DNA from: Synechococcus sp.
GTDB lineage: Bacteria; Cyanobacteriota; Cyanobacteriia; Thermostichales; PCC-7336
DNA length: 45,875 bases
Direction: 5' to 3'
NCBI GenBank assembly: GCA_051439425.1
Contig: JBFRWD010000020.1
Coordinates: 1 to 45,875, forward strand
Positions within the stretch are counted from its first letter, which is position 1; the number at the start of each line of letters is the position of its first letter. The notes under the pieces were generated by a model. It was not told where the DNA came from, searched no databases, and saw only the letters and a list, made by a program, of their open reading frames with translations. Positions 23,936 to 33,706 of the stretch are shown in pieces. The position numbers and the translations under genes are program-made.

Positions 23936-24817
23936 ATGGCCTACATTGATATTTCTGGGGTTCCCCACTACTACGAATGGATTGTAGAGGGGGGAGTGGA
24001 CACCCCCAGCGGCAATCGACCGGTAATGGTGTTTATTCACGGATGGGGTAGTTCCGCTCGCTATTGGCGATCGACCGCCCGATCGCTAACAGACCTATAC
24101 GACTGCTTGTTGTACGACATGCGTGGATTTGGGCGATCGTCTGCTCGCGCCCAATCAACACCATTGCCCTACAGCGACCCGCGTGATGATGCCTATGCCC
24201 TAGAGCGGTATGCTAGCGAGCTGCTGCAGTTGCTAGACAAGTTGAACCTGTCGCACGTGTCGGTGCAAGCCCACTCGATGGGCTCGTCAATTGCTGCACT
24301 ACTCCTCAGCAAAGCTCCAGAGCGTGTTCAGCAAGCTGTATTTGCCTGCGGTGGTGTCTTCGATTACAATCCATTGACATTTGGACTCTTCCAACGCATT
24401 GGTGGCATTGTTGTTCAAATTCGCCCCGACTGGATAACTCGTATCCCCGGTATGGATCGCCTCACCATTGCTCGCTTTGTGCACAAGATGCCCGAGCAAC
24501 CTGTCCGCCAAGAGTTTCTAGAAGACTATATGATGGCAGACATTATCGCCGGACTGGGGACGCTCTACACCAGCGTCAGCAAGCATGCCAGCATCGCGCA
24601 GCCCGCAGCTTACAGTGCCATCCGCTGTCCTACCCTAATTGTGTCTGGAGAAAAAGACATCATTATTCCCTCCGAGCTAGGTAAAAAAGCGGCAGACCTT
24701 AACGACAACATTCACCATGTAGAAGTGTCAGGTGTCGCCCACCTGCCCATGCTGGAAGCCTCTCAGGAGTATCTCAAGCTAGTAAGGGACTTTTTGTCTC
24801 CATCGGCCCCACAATAA
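23936..24817 (+). CDS. Alpha/beta fold hydrolase
   Basis: Motifs FIHGWGSS, YDMRGFGRS, AHSMG nucleophile, GEKD and AHLPMLE. Confidence 0.9.
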   Translation: MAYIDISGVPHYYEWIVEGGVDTPSGNRPVMVFIHGWGSSARYWRSTARSLTDLYDCLLYDMRGFGRSSARAQSTPLPYSDPRDDAYALERYASELLQLLDKLNLSHVSVQAHSMGSSIAALLLSKAPERVQQAVFACGGVFDYNPLTFGLFQRIGGIVVQIRPDWITRIPGMDRLTIARFVHKMPEQPVRQEFLEDYMMADIIAGLGTLYTSVSKHASIAQPAAYSAIRCPTLIVSGEKDIIIPSELGKKAADLNDNIHHVEVSGVAHLPMLEASQEYLKLVRDFLSPSAPQ

Positions 24818-24845
24818 CGCGAGCCTGCCTGCACTCACCGCTCGA

Positions 24846-25955
24846 CTAGCGGCTGAATAAGCGGCCGAAAACTCCCTTTTTGGCAGGTTCTGGTTGCGGC
24901 TGCGATCGGGCATTGGTGGCCTGCTGGGTTGAGGGCCGATTGGATGCTCCTGTTGAAACAGTCTTTTTCCCTGTTTCGTTGAGTTTGGATGCCGCTTTGT
25001 CGTGCTTTGGATCGAGCTTTAGTGCCCGCTGGAAATCTTGGCGGGCTCTGGGAGCGTTATTGGTTTTTTGGAACGCTAACCCTCTTTCGTAGAAATAGTC
25101 GGGGTTATCGGGTTCATCTGAGATCGCAATATTCAAAAACTGAATCGCTTTCTTATATTGTTTTCGCGCCATCATGTCCTTGGCTTGTGCGAAGCGCTTC
25201 TTGCTGGGTTGGACGACAATGGGCTCCGGTTCTGGAGCTGGCGGTGGAGAGCTAGGGGATGGAGGGGGCGATGCTTGTCGTGCAGAAGGAGATGCTTGTT
25301 GTGCAGAAGGTGTTGTGGATTGTGGAGGTCTGGATGCAAATGGCCTGCGAGGATTGGCAGATAGCTGAGTTGTTGTTGCGGGACGGGCAACGCTGGGGGC
25401 AGGATTGCTGGTAAATGAAGTGGTGTTCAAAGGTTTTGGTGAAGGAGCAGGAGGGGCTGCCACTTTGAAGCCATTACTCAAGAGTAGGTAAGCCAAGTTA
25501 ATCTTGCTCAGCTCTTCAGTACACACAATTGACTTCTTTAAATCCGTGTACTGATGTGCCGCCAGGTTCAGGATCGTATCGCTGTATTTCGTTTCTAAAT
25601 CGGTGGCTTGTAATAGAGCGTCGACGAAGGTGGATTGCGGCCACACTTCGCTGGGTGGAGACGATAGCAGACGTTTGGCTCGTAACCGGAGGACTTCTCG
25701 ATACTCAATCCGATCTCTTTCCCGATTGAGGACTTCGCTGGCGGGACTAATGAGTTTTGAAAACAGCCAATTTGCTCTCTCCCGCTTTTCGGGTTGTCTG
25801 ATAAAGCGATCGGGGTGTAGGTGTTTCGCCGTATTCAAATACCCTTTGCGAATCAGACGGTTATCAGCATTTAGCGGAACACCGAGTATAGCGTAGTAAT
25901 CGGGTTCGTATTTGGCCAACCCTGACTCAATCTTGGGTGTATCCGCAAATGTCAT
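24846..25955 (-). CDS. DnaJ-domain protein with Pro/Ser-rich linker and TPR domain
   Basis: DYYAILGV and HLHPDRF (HPD), plus a C-terminal TPR (YFYERGLA..ARQDFQRALKLDP). ATG at 25955 overlaps the upstream stop (ATGA). Confidence 0.88.
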   Translation of the reverse strand: MTFADTPKIESGLAKYEPDYYAILGVPLNADNRLIRKGYLNTAKHLHPDRFIRQPEKRERANWLFSKLISPASEVLNRERDRIEYREVLRLRAKRLLSSPPSEVWPQSTFVDALLQATDLETKYSDTILNLAAHQYTDLKKSIVCTEELSKINLAYLLLSNGFKVAAPPAPSPKPLNTTSFTSNPAPSVARPATTTQLSANPRRPFASRPPQSTTPSAQQASPSARQASPPPSPSSPPPAPEPEPIVVQPSKKRFAQAKDMMARKQYKKAIQFLNIAISDEPDNPDYFYERGLAFQKTNNAPRARQDFQRALKLDPKHDKAASKLNETGKKTVSTGASNRPSTQQATNARSQPQPEPAKKGVFGRLFSR

Positions 25956-27274
25956 AGGTCCCACTTCTCCAAGATGGTGGTTAGAGTGCCGTTCTGCTCT
26001 AGTGCAACAATCGCTTCATCAATCGCTTGCTTGATGGAAGCCTCTTCCGTTTTGACAACTCCTACTAAGGGGGTTGGGAACATCGGTTCTCCCACAATGT
26101 ACAAGCCGACATCGGGCGTTGTGTCTTCATCCACTCCTTCTGCGCCGGTCTCCTCACTCTCTTGTGCGGATTCCTCACTCGAGGCCTCTCCATCCATAGG
26201 CTCTTCGGGCTGTGAAGGGGACGAGACAACGGGTTCGACAGTCAATGATTCGATGACGTCTAGGCCGATATCAGCATCAAGGGCAGTGGCAGTATCACCA
26301 GCTCCAGATGGTGAATTTATACTCGATTCTCCCTCTGCTACAGAGCGAGCGTCATCACCAGAGGTGCTACCGCCTCCTTCTAGTGAGATTGTCTCAACAA
26401 TGTCAGCTTCAGCCACCGCAACCGGTTGGTCGATTACAACCGCATCCACTTGTGATTCTCGCAATTGCTCGAATAGTTGAGATGGATTTGGACTGGAGAG
26501 CAATGTGAGAGCATTCGCACGTTCTTGGTTGAACACCTCCACAACAGCGGCGGCTGCACTGTCTGCTACAGTTCCCACTTTTCGGCCAAATAAATCGGAT
26601 AGGTGCTGGATCTCTGTAGAAAATTCCTCTCGTACGACAATTCGTTGCGGACTGGAATAGTAAGGAATTGTGGGGGTATAACGGGTTTCATCCACGCCTA
26701 ATGCATCTCGACCCCCCAAAATGACATCGACACTGTTGGTGTCTAACGCTGCGAGCTGGTTGTCCCAAGGGATGTATATCGGTTCGATGTCAATATCGAG
26801 CTCTTGCGCGATCGCCTGCAGGATATCCCATTCAAACCCTTCAAATGTTCGGCGCTCTGTATCGGCACGCAGATATGCATAGCCAATGGTCGGGTCTAGA
26901 CCGACTCGTAGGCGGCCGCGATTTTGCACTAACCTCCAAGCGCGATCGTCAGTTTCAGGTGAGGTGTGATTTTCAAGTGAGGTGTGATTTTCAGGTGAGG
27001 TGTCAGTCTCAGGTAAGGCTTCACTTACTGATGGAGTTTCAATCGACTCACTGCTGGTGCTAAATGCTTCCTCACCTTCAGATGCATCGAGCGAGTTTGC
27101 CGACTCAACGCGCTCGAAACGTTCTGCAGAGGTGAGGGAGGAAAGGGCATCCGAGGGTGATGGGTTGGATGATTGTAAATTGGCCGAACAACTAGCTAAG
27201 ACTGCAGCAGCAAGGCTGGCAAGAATGACTGTCACTGACGGACGGCAACGAGCGAGTGAGGCGCGGTGAGACAT
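25952..27274 (-). CDS. Amino-acid-type ABC transporter substrate-binding lipoprotein (family 3)
   Basis: Lipobox LASC. Motifs RGRLRVG, GFEWDILQAIAQEL, TIPYY and C-terminal IDEAIVALEQNGTLTTILEKW. Confidence 0.82.
   Translation of the reverse strand: MSHRASLARCRPSVTVILASLAAAVLASCSANLQSSNPSPSDALSSLTSAERFERVESANSLDASEGEEAFSTSSESIETPSVSEALPETDTSPENHTSLENHTSPETDDRAWRLVQNRGRLRVGLDPTIGYAYLRADTERRTFEGFEWDILQAIAQELDIDIEPIYIPWDNQLAALDTNSVDVILGGRDALGVDETRYTPTIPYYSSPQRIVVREEFSTEIQHLSDLFGRKVGTVADSAAAAVVEVFNQERANALTLLSSPNPSQLFEQLRESQVDAVVIDQPVAVAEADIVETISLEGGGSTSGDDARSVAEGESSINSPSGAGDTATALDADIGLDVIESLTVEPVVSSPSQPEEPMDGEASSEESAQESEETGAEGVDEDTTPDVGLYIVGEPMFPTPLVGVVKTEEASIKQAIDEAIVALEQNGTLTTILEKWDL
26953..27014. 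repeat. Intragenic 18-bp tandem repeat (about 3.5 units)
   Basis: TTTCAGGTGAGGTGTGAT units, encoding TSPENH-TSLENH-TSPET in the N-terminal linker of the binding protein. Confidence 0.85.
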
Positions 27275-27287
27275 GTGCCAGTGAAAC

Positions 27288-28136
27288 TCAAACAGATGTG
27301 ACTTCGGTGGGGTGCTGCGGCAACGCTTGATTGAGAGGCTGCACGCGACTCAGCTCAGTTTGGATCGCAGTGCGTAAATAAGGATTGGATGCCAGCAGGC
27401 GACCGGATTGAATATCGAGTGGCGTGCCATCGTAAGCGGTTACGTGCCCACCAGCTTCTCGCACCAGCACAATCCCGGCGGCAATATCCCACACCGATAA
27501 GCCGCGTTCCCAATAACCATCCAGTCGTCCCATCGCCACCGAAGCTAGGTCAACCGATGCCGAGCCGCCACGGCGCACCCCTTGGGTCAGATGGGTGAAG
27601 TGGCAAAACTCGGCGTAGTTGTTGTCGGATGTCTCGCGGCGATCGTAGGCAAATCCGGTCACCAACAGGCTGTGCTGCAATTGACGAGTCTCGGAGACTT
27701 GGATGGGGCGTCGATTGCAGGTTGCTCCCATCCCCTGGCAGGCCCGGAACAGTTCGTTGCGAAACACATCAAAAACTACCCCCATCACCGGCTCACCATT
27801 CAACAGTAAGCCGATCGACACAGCGGCAGCCGGATAACCGTGGGCAAAATTTGTCGTGCCATCAAGGGGGTCAATGGCCCACAGAAAGCCGTCCGTGTCG
27901 AGATCCCCCAGAGCCCCCGACTCTTCTGCCAAAATGCTGTCTTGGGGAAAATGTCGCTGCAGAATTTCCAAGACAATGGCTTCTGCCTGGCGATCGGCTT
28001 CGGTTACCAAATCGCCAGGACGCTTTTCCTGCACATCTTGCAAGTTTCCCTGCAGTTGCTGAAGTACGGCCCCTGCAGCACTGGCGGCTTCGGTAGCTAT
28101 GTCCAGCCGCTTTAGAAATTCCATGCGCTCTGGCAT
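27288..28136 (-). CDS. suhB: Inositol monophosphatase family protein
   Basis: Motifs DLVTEAD, WAIDPLDGTTNFAHG, GVRRGGSA and WDIAAG. Start uncertain (28142, 28136 or 28124). Confidence 0.9.
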   Translation of the reverse strand: MPERMEFLKRLDIATEAASAAGAVLQQLQGNLQDVQEKRPGDLVTEADRQAEAIVLEILQRHFPQDSILAEESGALGDLDTDGFLWAIDPLDGTTNFAHGYPAAAVSIGLLLNGEPVMGVVFDVFRNELFRACQGMGATCNRRPIQVSETRQLQHSLLVTGFAYDRRETSDNNYAEFCHFTHLTQGVRRGGSASVDLASVAMGRLDGYWERGLSVWDIAAGIVLVREAGGHVTAYDGTPLDIQSGRLLASNPYLRTAIQTELSRVQPLNQALPQHPTEVTSV

Positions 28137-28292
28137 GCACACTCCGGTGAATTCACTTGCGTATCACCTCTAGAGTGACGGAAAGTTGCCCCATTTCACA
28201 AGCGATATTTCACCTCGCATCGCCCCACCTGGCAGAGCATTCACCCCGTAATGGACCCGACAAGAATTCACTGAGGGGATTTACTAGACGAT

Positions 28293-29381
28293 TCAAGCTG
28301 AAGTTTGCGGCACTGGGGACAGGATGTGCTTTAGGTTGCTGAGAAATCGTTGATTCTCCTGTGGGGTTCCTATCGATAGCCGAAAACCGCCACCCGTATG
28401 ACGCAGGCCGCTCCCGCGATCGATCAGGGCTTGATGGAGGTCGCTCAGGCTGCGATCGCGCACCCGGAAGTACAAGAAATTGCCGCCACTGGGCCACACC
28501 TTAACGTCTGTCATAAGGTTGAGCTCTGCCCACATGCGATCGCGTTCCCGCACCATGTCGGGGATGTCGGCCAATAGTTCTTCTGCAGACTCTAGGGCAA
28601 GTTGAGCCGCCCATTGGGATATGGCCGGAAGATTGTAAGGCAGACGGGTGGCTTCAAAGATCCGGGTCAGCTCGGGGCTGGAAATGGCATAGCCCACTCG
28701 ATGGGCAGCCAATCGAAAGGCTTTGGAGAAAGTGCGCAACACCACCCAGTTGGGTCGTTGGTCTAACTCTGGTACCACTGTTGTTTGGCTAAATTCAAAG
28801 TAGGCTTCATCCACCACCACCATTGTGGATGGTGGCAGGGAACGGGCCCAATCTAGCTCGGCTTCTGTCAGCAGGGTGCCAGTGGGGGAATTGGGGGATA
28901 CCAGAAATACAACTCGAATGGGAGTCCCCTGAGCCTCAGCATCGGCGATTGCCGCGTCGCAGGCGGGCAGGTCGAGGGCAAATGTTGTTGGATTGCGGGG
29001 AACTGAAAGTACGGGAATACCCAGCGCGCGAGCCACAATTCCGTACATCGAAAATGTTGGAGGGGACACTAAGATAGCGCCACGATTTTCCAAACAGGTA
29101 GCAATTAATATGGAGCGAATCAGCTCGTCCGAGCCGTTCCCCAAACTGACCTGCATGGGCTCGACCCCTGCATATGCCGCGATCGCCCGTTTGAGGCTGC
29201 GGTGGTTGGCATCGGGATAGCGGTTACTGTGAATGCCGCGCTCCCAAACGAGTGACAGCTTTTTCTTAAACCATTCGGGTAAGTCTTGAGGGTGCTCGTT
29301 GGCATCCAGTTTATCGATGTTGGGCAACACCTCTGCTTCATAGGGTTGCAAGCTCAACAAATTGGGCCGAATGAAATCCAC
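28293..29381 (-). CDS. hisC: Histidinol-phosphate aminotransferase
   Basis: Motifs KLDANE, NRYPD, GNGSDELI, PNSPTG, VDEAYFEF and RTFSKAFRLAAHRVGY. Confidence 0.95.
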   Translation of the reverse strand: MDFIRPNLLSLQPYEAEVLPNIDKLDANEHPQDLPEWFKKKLSLVWERGIHSNRYPDANHRSLKRAIAAYAGVEPMQVSLGNGSDELIRSILIATCLENRGAILVSPPTFSMYGIVARALGIPVLSVPRNPTTFALDLPACDAAIADAEAQGTPIRVVFLVSPNSPTGTLLTEAELDWARSLPPSTMVVVDEAYFEFSQTTVVPELDQRPNWVVLRTFSKAFRLAAHRVGYAISSPELTRIFEATRLPYNLPAISQWAAQLALESAEELLADIPDMVRERDRMWAELNLMTDVKVWPSGGNFLYFRVRDRSLSDLHQALIDRGSGLRHTGGGFRLSIGTPQENQRFLSNLKHILSPVPQTSA

Positions 29382-29586
29382 AGTACAATTCCCACAGCGT
29401 TTCGCATTGGAGCTTCTTATTCTAGTGGCTTCATCGAGCGATCGCAGGGAATCATAAGAATTCAGGGTGTTTCTTTGCGCCCTTGCACTCCTTCTTCCTG
29501 TATTTGTTAATTTCCTGTCCGCGATTGTCCAGAACGGACATCTCTAATCAATATTTCAATCTTTAGACGTAGATCTTGAAACAGCA

Positions 29587-30174
29587 ATGTCCGAACATAG
29601 CCTGCCTGACAATATTGTTGCCGTCGAGGGTGATGGAATTTTCGGTGAGAGTAACCTCTTGCCGGAGGATGATTCTTCCGACGGTTGTGGGGTTGAGGTC
29701 ACCATTCAAAAGTTAGATGGGCGCAAGCGCTGTCTGGAGGCTTGTATCGATATTCCCTATACCTGTCAATCAGTATGGCAGGTGCTAACAGACTACGAAG
29801 GACTGGCCGAATTTATTCCCAACTTGGCAGAAAGCTGCATTGTTGGAGAGGAAGAGGGATGTACCCTATTGCGACAGGTCGGGACTCAGAAATTTTCTTT
29901 TATCAAATTTTCGGCAGCTGTCACCCTCAAGATGGACACAGTTCCCACCGAGCGAATTGATTTCACGATGACAGAGGGGGACTTCATCGAATTTTTCGGT
30001 TGCTGGCAGCTCTCAGATTTGGGTGACACCACCCGATTGAGTTATGCCATTACGATTCTGCCCCCCCGCAAAATGCCCATTCAAATTGTGCAACGCCGTC
30101 TAAAAGGCGATCTGGCATCGAATTTAGTGGCCATCCAGCAGGAGGTCGCCCGCCGCAACCAGTTCTGTGCTTAA
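29587..30174 (+). CDS. SRPBCC / polyketide cyclase-dehydrase family protein
   Basis: Motifs VWQVLTDYEGLAEFIPNL and GDFIEFFGCWQL. Confidence 0.85.
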   Translation: MSEHSLPDNIVAVEGDGIFGESNLLPEDDSSDGCGVEVTIQKLDGRKRCLEACIDIPYTCQSVWQVLTDYEGLAEFIPNLAESCIVGEEEGCTLLRQVGTQKFSFIKFSAAVTLKMDTVPTERIDFTMTEGDFIEFFGCWQLSDLGDTTRLSYAITILPPRKMPIQIVQRRLKGDLASNLVAIQQEVARRNQFCA

Positions 30175-30190
30175 ATGCCCTGAGACGTCG

Positions 30191-30610
30191 CTATGCGTTC
30201 TCGATGCAAATCAAGCACAGTCCGTGCACAATGACTTCGTAGTCATCCACTTGTGCTCCAGAGTTCAGTTTCTCGACGCTCATATCTTGAAACTGTTCCC
30301 AAGCAATATCTTCAATCTTGCCGCATTCCCGACAGCGAAAATGATGGTGGCGGCCTACGTTGGCATCGTAACGACAGACCCCTTCCTCTAATAGGACCTC
30401 GCGTACCAGGCCAACATTGCGTAGTGCCTGCAAGGAGCTATATACGGTGGCTTGAGATGAGGTGGGAGCGTCGCGATTGAGATCGCCAAGAATTTGCTCA
30501 GCCGTGGGGTGATCGGCGCGATCGAGCAAGTTTGCATAGACGGCAAAACGTTGGGGTGTTACTCGCAGCCCCTTCGCTTTCAAGGTTTGAACGATTTGGT
30601 CAGTATGCAC
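30191..30610 (-). CDS. perR: Fur-family peroxide-responsive regulator PerR
   Basis: GTG at 30610 after GAGGAAGAGG. Motifs GLRVTPQR, HPTAE, ATVY, HHHFRCRECG and CLIC. Divergent from a peroxiredoxin gene. Confidence 0.85.
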   Translation of the reverse strand: MHTDQIVQTLKAKGLRVTPQRFAVYANLLDRADHPTAEQILGDLNRDAPTSSQATVYSSLQALRNVGLVREVLLEEGVCRYDANVGRHHHFRCRECGKIEDIAWEQFQDMSVEKLNSGAQVDDYEVIVHGLCLICIENA

Positions 30611-30824
30611 TCGCCTCTTCCTCAACCAGCGTGCCAACCACGCATGCGAGCGGCGTTTTAGCCTGGCTCTAACAAACCCGCTAAAGATAAGCCCGCAAGC
30701 ACTGGACGCAATTCTATCAGTAGTAAATGCCTTAGGTGTCTAAGATAACATCTTTCTAAGAGAAAAAACTATATCTGAAGTACACTCATGAGTAAGTGAA
30801 TATAACTATTGATAGATTCCTTTC

Positions 30825-30839
30825 TAAGAATTATTCTGA
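30825..30839. promoter_or_regulatory. Putative Per box (7-1-7 inverted repeat)
   Basis: TAAGAAT-T-ATTCTGA (6/7 symmetric) in the AT-rich divergent perR-prx intergenic region. Confidence 0.45.
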
Positions 30840-30912
30840 TTTATGTTGGCCAGCGCTGAAGCAAGCGCAGCTAACCATAAATCCAGACACACGCAACACA
30901 CGAAAGGTAGAT

Positions 30913-31485
30913 ATGGCTGTAATTGAACGCGTACCTCAGGTTGTCTTCAAGACTCGCGTCCGCGATGAATCTGTCCCAGGTCCGAATCCCTATCGCTGGC
31001 AGGACAAAACTACCCAAGAGATTTTTGGTGGCAAGAAGGTTGTTGTCTTTTCGCTGCCTGGTGCATTCACTCCTACCTGTTCCTCCAATCACCTGCCTCG
31101 TTACGAAGAGCTGTATGACGAATTCAAAGCTCAGGGAGTTGATGAGATTATTTGTGTCTCTGTTAACGATGCCTTTGTTATGTTCCAGTGGGGCCTCAAG
31201 GTTGGTGCTAAAAACGTCTTCTTGCTGCCCGACGGCAATGGAGAGTTCACCCGCAAGATGGGCATGTTGGTAGACAAATCAAACTTGGGCTTTGGTATGC
31301 GCTCTTGGCGCTACTCCATGCTGGTGAATGACGGTCAGATTGAGAAGATCTTCACCGAGCCCGATTTTGGTGACAACTGCCCTACCGATCCGTTTGAGGT
31401 TTCCGATGCTGACACGATGTTGGCTTTCTTAAAAGGTGATGAGGCCGGAGCAGTTTCCGAGCCCGTTCTGGAGTTTGTTGGCTAA
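30913..31485 (+). CDS. Type II peroxiredoxin (Prx5-like)
   Basis: ATG at 30913. Motifs [33 protein letters not shown] and [11 protein letters not shown]. Confidence 0.95.
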   Translation: MAVIERVPQVVFKTRVRDESVPGPNPYRWQDKTTQEIFGGKKVVVFSLPGAFTPTCSSNHLPRYEELYDEFKAQGVDEIICVSVNDAFVMFQWGLKVGAKNVFLLPDGNGEFTRKMGMLVDKSNLGFGMRSWRYSMLVNDGQIEKIFTEPDFGDNCPTDPFEVSDADTMLAFLKGDEAGAVSEPVLEFVG

Positions 31486-31506
31486 GTAAAGCCATCGCTC
31501 CTTTCC

Positions 31507-31539
31507 GTACTCGCCCAGTCATCTGGGATGGGCGAGTAC
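31507..31539 (+). terminator. Stable hairpin after prx (terminator or mRNA stabiliser)
   Basis: 11-bp stem GTACTCGCCCA/TGGGCGAGTAC about 20 bp after the stop. No clear U-tract. Confidence 0.5.
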
Positions 31540-31795
31540 AGCGATCGCCAGTCATTTCGTGCCAGTCACTTCGCAACAGTCAGGCTCCGTCTTTCAATGC
31601 ATCGGCTTTTGCGCTGTTTGGTTAGCCGGTAATACGTATGGGGGCCGGAATGGAGCTCTATAGGTATATTCGGTGAATAAGGGCTGCTGACTGAAATGGA
31701 AGGCTCCATTCATGACTAGTCAACCCCAACTCATGTCACTCCAAGCTTGATAGTCGAGAATATGCGCGGCTGACTTGGCTGTGCGCTTCCCAGCG

Positions 31796-31916
31796 CTATA
31801 GCGATCGGTAATCTGCTACGGAGAGTTCCCTCAGTATTTTCCTTGCAGATTGAAGGCTTGTAGATTAAAAGACTCAGCTGTTTCCTCACTCCAGGCCTCA
31901 CAGCGGATTGCTATAG
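31796..31916. repeat. Dispersed MITE-like repeat, copy 3 (both ends intact)
   Basis: CTATAGCGATCGGTAATCTGCT...AGCGGATTGCTATAG. The termini are inverted repeats. Confidence 0.8.
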
Positions 31917-31952
31917 TGCCTACCCCCTCTCCATCCGATTCAACGATTTGCC

Positions 31953-32972
31953 ATGAAACTGTCTAGCAAAAATCTTGACGATCGCATCGATACGGTGTAC
32001 GACGCCGTTGTTGTCGGTGGTGGCATGGGAGGGTTATCAGCAGCTATCTACTTGGCCCGATACGGTCTCAAATGTCTTGTGATCGAAAAGGGGAAAGGGC
32101 GATCGTTTTGGATGCAAGACACTCGCAATTACTTGGGATTCGATCCCGATACACCCGGACGAGACATTATTGGCCACGGTGCTAAGCAAGCAATTCAATG
32201 GGGGGCTGATTACTTGCGCGGCTTTGTGGAAGACGTCACTGACGAGGGAGACACGTTTGCGATTCGGGTGAAAGTGGGCAAGAAAGACAGTGCGCACCCA
32301 GTATTTCGCAGTAAGTATTTAGTTGCGGCATCTGGCGTCATTGATAAGTTGCCTCAACTCGAAGACATGCAAAATGTCTACGATTATGCCGGCTATACGC
32401 TGCATGTCTGCATGATTTGCGACGGCTATGACATGTGGGACCAAAAGGCGGTGCTGATCGCAGGGTCGGAAGGACAGGTTAATGCAGCGTTTGTGCTGGA
32501 CTGGTTTACTCCCTATATCTCTGTTCTCACTCATGGGTTGTTTGAGGTGAGCGATGAGATGAAGCGAAAGCTAGCGGAGCGCGGCTATCCGCTGTACGAA
32601 GCCCCGATCTCTAAGTTTTTGGGCGAGAACCACAAGTTAAGCGGCGTTCAACTCGCAGACGGTCAGATTGTCGAGGCCACTACTGGCTTGGTTAGCATGG
32701 GATCCACCTATCACAACGATTATTTGAAAGGGATCGATGGGTTGGAATGGAATGGCGAAAACCTTGTGACCAACACCATGGCTCAGACATCTCACGATCG
32801 CATCTTTGCGTTGGGAGATTTGAAGCAGGGGCTGAACCAGGTGACGATCGCTGTGGCTGACGGGACTCTGGCCGCCACCCAAATTTGGCGCAATATCCGC
32901 CGGGCTAGTCCCCCTCGCAAATGGGAGGAGAACATTCCCACGCTGATGGACAACCTTACGGCTAACGTTTAG
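31953..32972 (+). CDS. NAD(P)/FAD-dependent oxidoreductase, thioredoxin reductase-like
   Basis: Motifs VVVGGGMGGLSAA, CMICDG (CxxC), IFALGD and QVTIAVADG. Confidence 0.85.
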   Translation: MKLSSKNLDDRIDTVYDAVVVGGGMGGLSAAIYLARYGLKCLVIEKGKGRSFWMQDTRNYLGFDPDTPGRDIIGHGAKQAIQWGADYLRGFVEDVTDEGDTFAIRVKVGKKDSAHPVFRSKYLVAASGVIDKLPQLEDMQNVYDYAGYTLHVCMICDGYDMWDQKAVLIAGSEGQVNAAFVLDWFTPYISVLTHGLFEVSDEMKRKLAERGYPLYEAPISKFLGENHKLSGVQLADGQIVEATTGLVSMGSTYHNDYLKGIDGLEWNGENLVTNTMAQTSHDRIFALGDLKQGLNQVTIAVADGTLAATQIWRNIRRASPPRKWEENIPTLMDNLTANV

Positions 32973-32998
32973 GGGTGCTGATTCAACAGAGATAGCTG

Positions 32999-33619
32999 TC
33001 AGAGGTTGCTAATGGGGTTGGCCTTTGTCCACAGGGCCAGCCCCCCGCCTTTTCCGCGGGCAGCTATGTAGCGATCGCAGATTGCGAAATAGGTAAAAAA
33101 CGCAGTTTTTTTCAGGGGTAGGTCGTAGAATGCTGCGGCTTTTTCCTGGCCTCCACGCACGTCTCCCGAATAGAGTTCCACGCCCGCCATGGTGACGGTG
33201 ATGTGAATGAAGTCGAAGGCCAACACGCTGGTTTTGGGATAGAAGCGGGTGGGGCCGGAGAGAGTTAGTGTCAGCGGGCCGACCGTGACTGAGTTGTGAA
33301 CGGTACCGCGATCGCTATCCTTCGCTGTTGCCGTATAGGCAATGAAGATATGCAACCATCGGGGCAAGAACCGTCCAGCGCCCAACGCGCCCTTGGCTTG
33401 CTGTCGCGCTTTCTGAGTACCGGTAATGAACCCCAGTTGCCAGGTGCCCGCAAGATCGGATAGTGAATTGGTTGATTTCGCTTGCCGAGCAGATTTTTCC
33501 GCCGCGGTTAATGCGGTGATAACAGCAGTTGTGTCGGGCTTTGCAGGGGAAAGTTTTTGATTCCGAACGCGATTCTGTAAATAGCTGGCCGCTGCTGCGA
33601 TCGCTGTTGATGCCGACAT
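32999..33619 (-). CDS. Conserved cyanobacterial hypothetical protein (PAP/fibrillin-like fold possible)
   Basis: [12 protein letters not shown] and C-terminal [13 protein letters not shown]. The ORF fills the space between convergent neighbours. Confidence 0.65.
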   Translation of the reverse strand: MSASTAIAAAASYLQNRVRNQKLSPAKPDTTAVITALTAAEKSARQAKSTNSLSDLAGTWQLGFITGTQKARQQAKGALGAGRFLPRWLHIFIAYTATAKDSDRGTVHNSVTVGPLTLTLSGPTRFYPKTSVLAFDFIHITVTMAGVELYSGDVRGGQEKAAAFYDLPLKKTAFFTYFAICDRYIAARGKGGGLALWTKANPISNL

Positions 33620-33706
33620 CTTTGCGCTCCCTTCGATCGTGCCGTCTATCCCGCTGGGTCAGACAAACCTACAATAAAGTCTCCCAGAGCATTCTCGAAT
33701 TGCCAC

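Noticed and set aside
26953..27014. Short tandem repeats (also 33727-33796 and 42682-42762) as CRISPR arrays
   Set aside because: The units are contiguous with no unique spacers, they are too short, and there are no cas genes.
21184..30794. Identical 13-mer ACACTCATGAGTA (palindromic core) upstream of arsR (21184) and in the perR-prx region (30782)
   Set aside because: A 13-nt match or a shared 10-bp palindrome is expected by chance in 46 kb, and no third copy was seen.
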